A program made the translations under genes and the position numbers. Shown piece after piece: positions 42,876 to 51,999 of a DNA stretch of 64,000 nt. This DNA comes from a bacterium ADurb.Bin212. Lineage in GTDB: Bacteria; Patescibacteriota; UBA1384; XYA2-FULL-43-10. Location of the stretch: contig MWCM01000005.1 in NCBI GenBank assembly GCA_002070055.1, positions 2,015 through 66,014 of the forward strand, given 5' to 3'. Below the pieces are notes generated by a model. That model did not search any database. It had not been told where the DNA came from and was given only the letters and a program-made list of their open reading frames with translations. Numbering within the stretch: the stretch's first letter is position 1; every line of letters begins with the position of its first letter.

Positions 42876-45074
42876 TTACAATACTAACTTCTTGTTTCTG
42901 GTCCTAAAGTAATATAAACCAACCAACAATGAAGCCAATGCAACAAAAGCGGCTATTGCATAAACATAAATATTATCGTAAGTGTTGGGATTGCTCGGAG
43001 TATCGCTATAGGCTATAGCATAGGTAGAATAAGAGTCAGTATCGAAGGACAATATACCTGTTGTCTCGTTATAGGAGCTATCTAATTTGGTTACAGTGCC
43101 ATCGTGATCTCTGAGCACAGAATAATTAGAGTGGCCTTTTAAACTGTCTGCCAACTGCAAGTTAACTGACATATCTTGGCCCAGCTCAGTGATATTAGTC
43201 TTCCATGCTTCGTCAGATGATCCTTTTAAAACTACTTCATTTAGAGTTAAATCGACCAAGCCTCCGATAGTGGACCCACTGGCAAGCGGTTGAAAAACAC
43301 TATTATCTCCGTTATTGCTATCCGTTACGGAAAATTCGGCATTGCCATTAATTTCTCCCTCCGGCATGGCTATTGAGGCGCCGGAAACCTTACCACTAAC
43401 AACTGAGATAATATCACTGGATCGCTCAAAGATTGCGCTTAGATGCAGATGGTTGTTTGGCATTGTAAAGGTATACGATGCTTTGCCCTCATCCGGCACA
43501 GTTTGATTACCGTTTAAACCGCCTGAAACATATTGATAACCGTAATCTGGTAACAGCTCAATTGTAACAGTGCTTCCCGCTTCCAAAGAGTAATCCGTAT
43601 AACCACCAGAGGTAAATCTGTAACCATTTGCCGCAATCACTCTCACCGTTCCGTTTGTAACAATTGAATCGTCTGCCCCTGGAATGTTCCAGCCTAACTG
43701 ATACAAAGTTCCGGCCGTTGACTCTAATAGGAAATTTCCCTCTGTTGATGTCATGCGATATTTGTTAGTAGCGTCGGTTCCTTCCTCGCATGTGACAGTG
43801 GTCGGCAGTGGATTTTCCTCCTCTGTGCCAGTCATGTCGGTCCATGGCCAATGTGATGCTTCTGGTGTAAAATCTCCCAAGGAAGACGTATAAGACAAAT
43901 CTACTGTTCCGCCGCCGGATACTCGAACCGAGTTAACGTTAGCAGTTGCAATATCACTTGATGCCACTGTTAAAGTCTTGCCGGCACCAGATTCCACTAT
44001 CATTCCATCACCTTCTGCCGGAGTTTCATCATAATACTGAAGAGCAGTACCAGTAGTGTAAATCGTTAAGTCCCCCATATGAACTTCCACTTCGCTTGCC
44101 ATAATACCCTTTGAACTTGGTGTTTCGGCTGATCCGATGGTAAAAGCTCTATCGTAAGTGTTAATCATACCCTGTGTAAATATACCGCCTGCCAGATTTA
44201 TGTCACCCGCAACATCACTCTCACCACCGGATATATTTACCCTACCATTCATGTTTATCGAAAATCCGTCTTCATTTTCAGCGATATTCGCATCCCCAGT
44301 AATAATTAACATCCCATCTCCAATACCGGTAATATATCCAAGAGTAATGCCCTGATCAATATTTAATCCGTAACTACCCATAAAACCCGGTTCAATGCTC
44401 CAACCCTCACCACTTGCCGAAGTTACTGGAGGCTCAGCGGTTTCATCAATTACCAAGGTTCCGTCTATTGATAATTGCAACGGGTCACCAGGGGGAGGGC
44501 CTTCTGGGTCTCCGGGACCACCGGGACCGGGGGCACCATCATAGTTATAAACATTATCCCCAACTATAAAGGTGTCATCGGTATTAACATTAGTTCCACT
44601 CAAAATGCTAACCGTTATAATATCATTTAAGCTTGTTTCGTCACCAATAGTAAGTCTTTTGCCTTCACCAATTCTTATGGCTGTGTTGTCGGCGCTGAAA
44701 GCACTAATAGAAAGAGAAGATTCATCACCTTTAATGGTCACATTACCCGCTACTGATCTAATTGCAGGATCAGGGCTAGTGCTGACGACTGTATTCGTCC
44801 CAACAAGGTCGATAATCAGATCATCGTCGGCAGAGATATTTGCAATATCCGCGTTATTTAAAGTTAAAGTCATTGTTGGCACATCAAAGGACACACCAGC
44901 TATGCCATGGTCACTATTATATCCTCCGGCTTGGGTGTAAATTGAAGTTCCGTTGACAGTAATAGAGGTCGAGTCCAAGGCAGACACCATTCTAAATGAT
45001 ACCGCCCCCAAAGCCAAAAACGCGACAAAAGTTACAAGCGTGATTAGCTTGTTAGAAAAAAACTTTCTCATCAT
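42876..45074 (-). CDS. secreted surface protein with C-terminal hydrophobic anchor and basic tail (candidate sortase substrate)
   Basis: Signal peptide MMRKFFSNKLITLVTFVAFLALGAVSF. Pro/Gly stretch GAPGPGGPGDPEGPPPGDP. C-terminus IYVYAIAAFVALASLLVGLYYF followed by RTRNKKLVL. GGAGG RBS. Confidence 0.55.
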   Translation of the reverse strand: MMRKFFSNKLITLVTFVAFLALGAVSFRMVSALDSTSITVNGTSIYTQAGGYNSDHGIAGVSFDVPTMTLTLNNADIANISADDDLIIDLVGTNTVVSTSPDPAIRSVAGNVTIKGDESSLSISAFSADNTAIRIGEGKRLTIGDETSLNDIITVSILSGTNVNTDDTFIVGDNVYNYDGAPGPGGPGDPEGPPPGDPLQLSIDGTLVIDETAEPPVTSASGEGWSIEPGFMGSYGLNIDQGITLGYITGIGDGMLIITGDANIAENEDGFSINMNGRVNISGGESDVAGDINLAGGIFTQGMINTYDRAFTIGSAETPSSKGIMASEVEVHMGDLTIYTTGTALQYYDETPAEGDGMIVESGAGKTLTVASSDIATANVNSVRVSGGGTVDLSYTSSLGDFTPEASHWPWTDMTGTEEENPLPTTVTCEEGTDATNKYRMTSTEGNFLLESTAGTLYQLGWNIPGADDSIVTNGTVRVIAANGYRFTSGGYTDYSLEAGSTVTIELLPDYGYQYVSGGLNGNQTVPDEGKASYTFTMPNNHLHLSAIFERSSDIISVVSGKVSGASIAMPEGEINGNAEFSVTDSNNGDNSVFQPLASGSTIGGLVDLTLNEVVLKGSSDEAWKTNITELGQDMSVNLQLADSLKGHSNYSVLRDHDGTVTKLDSSYNETTGILSFDTDSYSTYAIAYSDTPSNPNTYDNIYVYAIAAFVALASLLVGLYYFRTRNKKLVL

Positions 45075-45134
45075 AACCCTCCTACACTAAAATATGATAA
45101 AATTATTTATATATTGAGGACACAAAAAACTATT

Positions 45135-45971
45135 ATGCCAGTTCAAAGACATTATAAACCCAGGAAAAGAATAAAGCAAAGAAAGCGATTTTTTTGGGTT
45201 TTCTTCTTTATATTTATCATCATATTTATATACTCTGTGTTCCGCGTCACAGTCTGGATTATCGATTCAATGAATATTTCTAAATTACTTACTTCAATCA
45301 ACCAAAACACGCAAATTAGCGAAGTAGACGGTCGACAGGGACAACAATTCAATCCGCCGCAAGATAAGTTCGACCCTTATTGGGATTATATTAACACTAA
45401 TTTGCTTGATGTTAATTTGGACGAACTAACCAAGATTAATCAACAAACAAAGGGGTGGGTTCAGATAAAGGGAACGAATATAAATTATCCCTTTGTTCAG
45501 GCAGAGGATAACAATTATTACCTTAACCACTCTTTTAGCAAAAAGTATAATCAAGCCGGCTGGATATTTTTAGATTATAGAAATAACATTGATAGCTTGG
45601 GAGAAAATACAATATTGTACGGACATGGCAGAGTCGGCAACACCATGTTTGGCACTCTTAAAAATATCGTAAAAAGTAGCTGGTACTCAAACAAAGAAAA
45701 TCACTTGATCAGAGTTTCCAGCCATAAACACAACTCTCTGTGGCAAGTATTTAGTGTTTATCAGATAGATACAACCAATGATTATCTTCAAACATCCTTT
45801 TCTAAGGAAAAAGATTTCTCCGAATTTCTCGACATGATTCGCTCCAGATCCGAACTTAATTTTAACACCAGCACAAATTACAAAGACAAGATATTAACTC
45901 TATCAACCTGTTTGAATAGTTCAAAAAAAACAGTCATGCACGCCAAGCTAATAAATATTCAATATAAGTAA
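45135..45971 (+). CDS. sortase-family transpeptidase (membrane-anchored)
   Basis: N-terminal TM FFWVFFFIFIIIFIYSVF. Catalytic-Cys motif ILTLSTC resembling the sortase TLxTC, and an upstream His in ILYGHGRVGN. A TTG at 45114 is an alternative start. Confidence 0.6.
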   Translation: MPVQRHYKPRKRIKQRKRFFWVFFFIFIIIFIYSVFRVTVWIIDSMNISKLLTSINQNTQISEVDGRQGQQFNPPQDKFDPYWDYINTNLLDVNLDELTKINQQTKGWVQIKGTNINYPFVQAEDNNYYLNHSFSKKYNQAGWIFLDYRNNIDSLGENTILYGHGRVGNTMFGTLKNIVKSSWYSNKENHLIRVSSHKHNSLWQVFSVYQIDTTNDYLQTSFSKEKDFSEFLDMIRSRSELNFNTSTNYKDKILTLSTCLNSSKKTVMHAKLINIQYK

Positions 45972-45993
45972 CTAACCTAATAACTAAACAAAT

Positions 45994-46025
45994 AGCGCCC
46001 CCTATGCGTTGGGGGCGCTTTTGTT
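45994..46025 (+). terminator. intrinsic terminator after the sortase gene
   Basis: AGCGCCCCC-TATGCGTT-GGGGGCGCT hairpin followed by TTTGTT. Confidence 0.55.
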
Positions 46026-46319
46026 CTTTGGGATATCATCCCCTTTCTTCGGCCGCTTGCACCACGGCCAGTGATACTGCCCGCAATACGGGCAGGGTTG
46101 CTTGCGCCGGTTGGGGTAACCTACCGGACGCGGGGGCACTACGGGTCCAACGGGCCCGATCGGCATAGTATCCAACCCCTTTCATTTTCAACGGTTCTGA
46201 ATTGGCAACTTTTTATAACATTTTTTGACGATATTCGCAACATTTTTTGCTTTACAAATTTTGCAAAAAGTTATAGTATTACTTATCGTCGCAACATCGA
46301 CTCCAAGCGAGGTAAAGCC

Positions 46320-47036
46320 ATGCCCGAATTGACTATCGCCACATTCCTGACACTGCCGTTCACGATGGGCACAAGAGTGGCTATCTCCCAAGGGTGGCTA
46401 TACTCCATGGACGAGGTAGTCATTCACCCTGGCATTACCCACCACAACGGGGTGGACTTCGCCTGCCCATGGGGTACACGCGTACTGGTGCCGGCCGACG
46501 GTGTGGCAGTAGCCAGCTACCACACCTACTACATGGGTGATTTCCATGGTCGTCTGATCGGCTATGGGCTAGGGTTGTTTGTGCAGATCTGGCACCCCGA
46601 GGCCCAACTCTTCACCTCTTACGCACACCTATCCAAGGCGTCTAAGGAGATTCCCTACATCTCACCGGTCCGCCAGGGCGACAGTTGGCAACCGGCGGCA
46701 GCCATCTATGTGCCGCTGGAGGTGTTTCTGGCGCAAGGTGTTGAGGTGAAACGGGGTGACTATCTTGGCGAAGTTGGCCGCACAGGCCTACTGCTCCACG
46801 ACGAGACACCCAGCAACCCCCCAGCAACCAAGGCGACCGACCCCACTTGGGATCCTGCAGGTGATCACTTGCACTGGGAGTGCTACAGACGCACACTCGA
46901 CGGCCTCCGCAAGGACCCTGAGGCGCGCTGCGACCCCTTCGGTGTCTATGGCCTCCGCGAGGCCTACAACATCAACAAAGCTAGCGGTCTGTTGCTGGCC
47001 GGCCCCAAGGGCAGACCCCTATGGGCCAACGAGTGA
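46320..47036 (+). CDS. M23-family (LytM-like) metallopeptidase (high-GC island)
   Basis: HPGITHHNGVDFACPWGTRVLVPADGVAVASY (HxxxD ... GT.V.A...G.V) and GDHLHWE (HxH). RBS GAGGT before the ATG at 46320. The longer upstream ORF extension is non-coding GC-rich sequence. Confidence 0.7.
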   Translation: MPELTIATFLTLPFTMGTRVAISQGWLYSMDEVVIHPGITHHNGVDFACPWGTRVLVPADGVAVASYHTYYMGDFHGRLIGYGLGLFVQIWHPEAQLFTSYAHLSKASKEIPYISPVRQGDSWQPAAAIYVPLEVFLAQGVEVKRGDYLGEVGRTGLLLHDETPSNPPATKATDPTWDPAGDHLHWECYRRTLDGLRKDPEARCDPFGVYGLREAYNINKASGLLLAGPKGRPLWANE

Positions 47037-47130
47037 CAGTCGCGAAATGTCGAACCAGCGGCCCCGATCAATCGGGGCCGCGCCGCATTTTAGCTTTACT
47101 TTCAAGACTAATAAGGATATATTTTTAGGT

Positions 47131-47610
47131 ATGGGCAATCGCAAGAAGCTTTCAATTTGTTTTTTATGTACTGACAATGTCGGACGCAGCATAGTAGCAG
47201 AGTATTGTCTGCGGAATTATTTAACAAAGAACAATATTAAAGAGATCAACGTATCCTCTGCAGGAACTGATGCAGCTAGCGACACCTCCAGCTTTTCTAT
47301 GGCTCATGTAGATGAGATGAAAAAAATGGGCATTAATGCTTCGAAGCACGCAAGAATTCAAATGAATCAAAATATTGTGAACAATACCGACCTGATCATC
47401 TGCATGGATAGCTGGCACCAGACTTGGCTTAAGGAGCATTATGGCATAGATGCACCTTTGTTTAATGAGATATATAATAAAGAATCTAGTTCCATCCGCG
47501 TCTCTGACCCGGAACAGAAAACTAGCCTAGACAATCGGATGATAGAAATCACACACTATATCAATAACGCGATTCCACAGCTGGTCAATAATATTAATAA
47601 GTTTAGGTAA
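47131..47610 (+). CDS. low-molecular-weight protein-tyrosine phosphatase / ArsC-like
   Basis: P-loop CFLCTDNVGRSIVAE (CX5R(S)) at the N-terminus. Low-GC, native-like. The 5' part of ORF 46756..47610 is an out-of-frame overlap with the M23 gene and is rejected. Confidence 0.75.
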   Translation: MGNRKKLSICFLCTDNVGRSIVAEYCLRNYLTKNNIKEINVSSAGTDAASDTSSFSMAHVDEMKKMGINASKHARIQMNQNIVNNTDLIICMDSWHQTWLKEHYGIDAPLFNEIYNKESSSIRVSDPEQKTSLDNRMIEITHYINNAIPQLVNNINKFR

Positions 47611-47622
47611 TTCGGGATTCTT

Positions 47623-48723
47623 ATGTCATTACAAATAGGAATTGTTGGCCTTCCAAATGTAGGTAAATCGACGTTGTTTAACGCCCTTATTCGTGGTGCC
47701 AAAGCAGAGGCAGCCAATTATCCTTTTTGCACCATTGAGCCGAACGTAGGCGTGGTTGAGGTGCCAGATGAGCGACTAAAACCTCTTTCAGAGGTATCAA
47801 AATCTAAAAAAATCGTGTCGGCTGTGGTTGAATTTGTTGATATCGCAGGATTAGTGCGCGGAGCAAATAAAGGAGAGGGACTTGGTAATCAGTTTTTGGC
47901 ACACATTCGTGAATGTGATGCGATTGCAATGGTGGTGCGCTTTTTTGAAGATGAGAATATCGTTCATGTAGAAGGTAAAATTAACCCCGAAGAAGATATT
48001 AAAACCATCGAAATTGAGCTGCAACTTGCCGATATTTCTACAGTAGAGAAACGCCTTTTTGGTGTAGAGAAAGAGATGAAAACCGGTTCCAAAGAATCAG
48101 CTTTAGTCCACAAGGCGCTACAAAAGATTAAAGATATTTTGCATCAAGGCAAGAATGCTCGTGAGGCAGATTTGAACGAAGAGGAGCTAAAAGAGGTTAA
48201 AGGCCTTAGCCTACTGACCATGAAACCAGTGCTCTATATCGCTAATTGCTCAGAAGAGCAATTAACTAATAACCAAGATACAATAACCAATAATCAAAAC
48301 AATTTAACAATTGAACAATCTAACAATTTCATCCCAATTAGTGCCAAAGTTGAAGAGGAATTAAACAGTCTCAAAGAGGAAGAAAAGGCTGAATACCTCG
48401 ACTCACTAGGCCTAAAGGAATCAGGGCTTAATCGTTTAATAAAAGAAGCATATAAAACACTTGGATTAATTACCTACTTCACTAGCGGAGAACCAGAAAC
48501 CAGAGCATGGACAATAAAAAAAGGCTTCACCGCCCCGCAAGCCGCAGGTGTAATTCACACCGATTTCGAGCGTGGCTTTATAGCCGCTGATGTGGTTGGT
48601 TGGTTAGACCTTGTAAACCAAGGCAGCTGGACCTCTGCCCGCGCCAAGGGCCTAGTAAGAACCGAGGGCAAAAACTACATCTTTAAGGACGGCGACGTAA
48701 CCTTATTTAAATTTAATGTTTAG
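47623..48723 (+). CDS. ychF: ribosome-binding ATPase YchF (Obg-family), with Asn/Gln-rich insertion
   Basis: IGIVGLPNVGKSTLFNAL, NYPFCTIEPNVGVV, and a C-terminal TGS domain. Insertion NNQDTITNNQNNLTIEQSNNF. Confidence 0.9.
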   Translation: MSLQIGIVGLPNVGKSTLFNALIRGAKAEAANYPFCTIEPNVGVVEVPDERLKPLSEVSKSKKIVSAVVEFVDIAGLVRGANKGEGLGNQFLAHIRECDAIAMVVRFFEDENIVHVEGKINPEEDIKTIEIELQLADISTVEKRLFGVEKEMKTGSKESALVHKALQKIKDILHQGKNAREADLNEEELKEVKGLSLLTMKPVLYIANCSEEQLTNNQDTITNNQNNLTIEQSNNFIPISAKVEEELNSLKEEEKAEYLDSLGLKESGLNRLIKEAYKTLGLITYFTSGEPETRAWTIKKGFTAPQAAGVIHTDFERGFIAADVVGWLDLVNQGSWTSARAKGLVRTEGKNYIFKDGDVTLFKFNV

Positions 48724-48748
48724 GGGTTTGTTCTAATATTAATAATTT

Positions 48749-48781
48749 GAGCCCAAAGATTGAAGAATTGGGCTATTTTTG
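48749..48781 (+). terminator. intrinsic terminator after ychF
   Basis: GAGCCCAA-agattgaagaa-TTGGGCT hairpin followed by ATTTTTG. Confidence 0.5.
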
Positions 48782-48836
48782 TTAGTGTAGCACCGAGCTT
48801 TAAAGCTCACCATCACATCACTCTACCCTGAAGGGG

Positions 48837-50693
48837 GTGGCTGAGTTGTTTGAGTTTCTTGCAGTTGCGCTGTCGTACATATGGGGGTCGCTCCCCTTTG
48901 GGTACACGGTGGGGAAGCTCGCCGTAGGGAAGGGCTTCGACATCAGAAACCATGGCTCCGAAAGCATCGGTTTCACCAATGTCTGGCGAGTACTGGGCAT
49001 GAAGGTAGCAATACCAGTGCTCATCCTCGACCTGCTCAAGGGATACCTGCCTGTGGCGATCGCCATGCACACGCTTGGTGTTACAGCCGCCTGGCTCTGT
49101 CTGATCGCGGTAATGATCGGGCATGCCAAGTCGCTCTACTTCCGACTCACCGAAGGTCATTTCAGCGGCGGTAAGTCGGCGGCTTCTGCGATGGGTGGCA
49201 TCGTTGCTCTTCAACCAGTGCTCGCCGGATGGGTGTTCCTGTTCTTCCTGGCAGTACTGCTTGTGAGCAGAACAATGTCGGTATCTTCGATGCTTGCGAG
49301 TTTCTGTGCAGTCTGGCTATCCTACCACTACGAACTGGGACACGGATGGCACACTCTGTTCTGGGTTGTTGCAGTGCTGATTATGTACACGCACCGCCGC
49401 AACCTAGGGCGCTTGGCTCATGGCACCGAGAACAAGATGTTCGAGTGGTCGGACATGCGGTGGCCATGGCAGAAAAAGCCAACGACTAAAGAGCAACCCG
49501 AGATCCTGGCAGGGTTCGTGATTCACGCCATGGACTGGAGAGATCTCCTGCAATCCATCTTCTCATGGTGGATAGGCTTTCTCGGGATGTGGGAACGCAC
49601 GAGACCCATCGCAACGTGGATATTGGCTCACGTACCGGTCATCGAGAACGCCGAGATCAGAAACATCCGACTCAAAGATGGCCGAAGGGTTAGAGTCCTG
49701 GTGTTGGCGATTCCTTGGGTGTCCAGCATGATCAAGCAGGTCCGGTATGCCAACGAGATTGACGAAAGAGAGGAAAAGATCCCGTCGGGATCGGAAGGAG
49801 CCGAAGCCAGAGATGAGGTGAAGAGAGCCAAACAAGCTCCGGAGTATAGGAGGTCGAAGTGGTTCCGTGATAGGCTCTGGCAAAGGCTTCGAAGCACAGC
49901 GGTGCAGACCAGACGTAGGGGTTGTTCGGTGTTAGGTCTTGGCGCTCTACTTTCGACCGAGTTCAACGGAGGTGCAGACCTACAGAAGTGGTGCAACGCG
50001 AGAGGCCTTGACCTGACCGTAGACAACGGAGCGGCCTACACAGCCGTTTCCACGGTACAGGCGGTGATTAAAGAGACACCCATGCCCCTCGACCAAGCTA
50101 AGGTCAAGGTAGTAGGTGCCAGCGGCTTCATCGGTCGCATTACCGCCAAGTACATGGAGAAACTAGCCGCTCAAGTGACCGTAATAGGCAGGGACGAGGC
50201 CAAGTTAACCGGGTTCAGTCAATCCACGGCAATCTCAACCGCGCTGGAAGACGCTTACGACGGCGACGTTGTAGTGCTTCTTACCAGCGCGCCCGGACAG
50301 GTGGTGAACCTCGAGAACTGCACCAAGTTCAAGCCTGGCGCTACCTTCATGGACGGCGCTAGGCCTGTTGACTTCGACGAGCAAATACTCAAAGAACACC
50401 CCGAACTCAACTTCAAGCTGGTGCGCTGTGGGGTCATCAAGTTTCCACAAGAAGAAGGCAGAGACGTTCTGTGTGGTGTGGATTTCCACTTCGATGGCTA
50501 CTACCCAGCTTGCGTCGCCCAGTGTGTAATGGTGGCGGCCGGAGGAGAAGAGGGAAGATCGAACGCCACCAACGGAGCGTCAATCAGGCCAGCCAAGTAT
50601 GAGTACTTCGCAAATAGTGCCGAGGCATGTGGCTTGGAGGTCATAACCTCGCGAAGATCGGAGGGAGATGTATTCGAGGGCAATTACAACTAG
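48837..50693 (+). CDS. plsY: glycerol-3-phosphate acyltransferase PlsY fused to a ~400-aa C-terminal extension with Rossmann-like NAD(P)-binding motif (high-GC island)
   Basis: N-terminal ~200 aa: LSYIWGSLPFGYTVGKLAVGKGFDIRNHGSESIGFTNVWRVLG, 5 TM helices, typical PlsY. The same frame continues without a stop for 618 aa and includes VKVVGASGFIGRITAKYM...VTVIGRD. GTG start. Visibly GC-rich. Confidence 0.6.
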   Translation: MAELFEFLAVALSYIWGSLPFGYTVGKLAVGKGFDIRNHGSESIGFTNVWRVLGMKVAIPVLILDLLKGYLPVAIAMHTLGVTAAWLCLIAVMIGHAKSLYFRLTEGHFSGGKSAASAMGGIVALQPVLAGWVFLFFLAVLLVSRTMSVSSMLASFCAVWLSYHYELGHGWHTLFWVVAVLIMYTHRRNLGRLAHGTENKMFEWSDMRWPWQKKPTTKEQPEILAGFVIHAMDWRDLLQSIFSWWIGFLGMWERTRPIATWILAHVPVIENAEIRNIRLKDGRRVRVLVLAIPWVSSMIKQVRYANEIDEREEKIPSGSEGAEARDEVKRAKQAPEYRRSKWFRDRLWQRLRSTAVQTRRRGCSVLGLGALLSTEFNGGADLQKWCNARGLDLTVDNGAAYTAVSTVQAVIKETPMPLDQAKVKVVGASGFIGRITAKYMEKLAAQVTVIGRDEAKLTGFSQSTAISTALEDAYDGDVVVLLTSAPGQVVNLENCTKFKPGATFMDGARPVDFDEQILKEHPELNFKLVRCGVIKFPQEEGRDVLCGVDFHFDGYYPACVAQCVMVAAGGEEGRSNATNGASIRPAKYEYFANSAEACGLEVITSRRSEGDVFEGNYN

Positions 50694-50725
50694 GCTGCGG
50701 CAGCAAGTTGCAGTCGACGAATCGC

Positions 50726-50768
50726 GCACCCCCTTTCCCACGCGGAGAGGGGGTGCTCGCATTTTTAC
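50726..50768 (+). terminator. intrinsic terminator after the PlsY-fusion gene
   Basis: GCACCCCCT...AGGGGGTGC stem followed by TCGCATTTTT. Confidence 0.5.
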
Positions 50769-50797
50769 TTAATTATCTTTTCTGCTAGTATATATTT

Positions 50798-51841
50798 ATG
50801 AAAAAAATAGCAATTATGGGTGCAGGTGGATTCGGTACGGCCTTGGCTTTTGTTCTATCCCGTAACAGTCAAAGTGTAAGCCTTTGGGATCAAGACGAAG
50901 CATTAATAGCCAAATGGAGAAAGCAAAATTTTAGCGACAGATACCCATATCTCAAAAAACATAAGTTTAATAAGAACATTAAATTGATCTCAGGTAGTGT
51001 GAACGCTGACGACCACGACTATGTAATTGTTTCAACCTCAACCAGCGGTATCACTGGCGCACTAAATAGTCTAAATACCAACGGCAAAACTCCGATAGTT
51101 TTGATCCAAAAGGGTATGCTGGATGGACTGATCTCCCCTCACGATTTAGCAAAAAAGATTTTCCCAAAAGAGACCATTATGCAATTCACCGGGGCCGGTT
51201 TTGCCAAGGATTTGGTGGGCAGATCTCCAGCAGGAATGATTGTGTTGCATGAAACTAAAGATACATCCACCGCCAGTGATTTCGCCTCCGTGTTTAAGGG
51301 TAGCAACATCTGGCCTACACTCTGTTCGGATCTCTTTGGGGTCAACATCCATAACTCTCTTCGCACCATTGCTTCTTTTGAACAAGGCTTTGTATATGGA
51401 TATTTTGAACACAAGTTTCGCAAAAAACCTCCTGTTTCTACAATCGCGATTACCTTTTCTGCTATCAACCAAGAAACTAAATTAATTGCCAGAAATCTTG
51501 GAGCGACAAAAGAAATTCACGATATAGAATCGAAAGTCCACAGAATTTTAGAAGCCGATTTAATGCTTTGCCAGTCCGACTCCAGCCGAAACTTCGCTTT
51601 AGGTCATTTTGTAGGCAAAGGCTATTGTTTAGATGAAGCAAAGAAAAAGGTAACAGAGGGAGTGGCAGAGTGCCTAAACAATATCAGCTCGATATTCGCC
51701 GCCATTAGCGAAAAGGTAATTAAGGACACAATTGAGGACAGTTTCCCATATTTACTGGCTGCAAAAAATTTAACAGAAAAAGGAGAGATAGAAAGCCAGA
51801 TGAAAAGAATATTGTCCCACCACGAAAACTATATAGCTTAG
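50798..51841 (+). CDS. gpsA: NAD(P)H-dependent glycerol-3-phosphate dehydrogenase GpsA
   Basis: KIAIMGAGGFGTALAFVL N-terminal dinucleotide-binding/GpsA signature. Low-GC. Canonical position downstream of plsY. Confidence 0.85.
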   Translation: MKKIAIMGAGGFGTALAFVLSRNSQSVSLWDQDEALIAKWRKQNFSDRYPYLKKHKFNKNIKLISGSVNADDHDYVIVSTSTSGITGALNSLNTNGKTPIVLIQKGMLDGLISPHDLAKKIFPKETIMQFTGAGFAKDLVGRSPAGMIVLHETKDTSTASDFASVFKGSNIWPTLCSDLFGVNIHNSLRTIASFEQGFVYGYFEHKFRKKPPVSTIAITFSAINQETKLIARNLGATKEIHDIESKVHRILEADLMLCQSDSSRNFALGHFVGKGYCLDEAKKKVTEGVAECLNNISSIFAAISEKVIKDTIEDSFPYLLAAKNLTEKGEIESQMKRILSHHENYIA

Positions 51842-51875
51842 TTTTTTTGTGCTGTGGTTTGTGAGCGTGTTCAGA

Positions 51876-51904
51876 TTGACTTAAATTGTATTTTGTGCTA
51901 TAAT
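51876..51904 (+). promoter_or_regulatory. near-consensus sigma70 promoter TTGACT-N17-TATAAT upstream of the muramidase-amidase gene
   Basis: TTGACT 51876-51881, a 17-nt spacer, TATAAT 51899-51904. AAGGAGG RBS at 51985-51991, 8 nt before the ATG at 52000. Confidence 0.5.
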
Positions 51905-51999
51905 TGCTTAATTCTCTAAAGCAGAGATATATTTTTTGTTGCATAAAAATACTCCCTGCTTCAGCAGGACAAGCATCACAATCGAAGGAGGCGAGGCGC

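Noticed and set aside
42990-43030. Canonical LPXTG sorting motif in the surface protein
   Set aside because: None is present. Only an NPNTY-like segment precedes the C-terminal helix, so I describe it as a candidate non-canonical substrate.
46071-46319. N-terminal extension of the M23 ORF, and the 5' half of ORF 46756..47610
   Set aside because: The extension runs through the sortase terminator and the promoter region. The M23 motifs and a GAGGT RBS support the 46320 start. The LMW-PTP homology begins at M47131, and the upstream part of 46756..47610 is an out-of-frame overlap with M23.
48813-50762. Antisense and alternate-frame ORFs within the PlsY-fusion island (48813..49214, 48818..49129, 48881..49174, 49563..49883, 49628..50026, 50235..50489, 50501..50762)
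   Set aside because: Same GC-rich artefact. The PlsY frame has clear family motifs.
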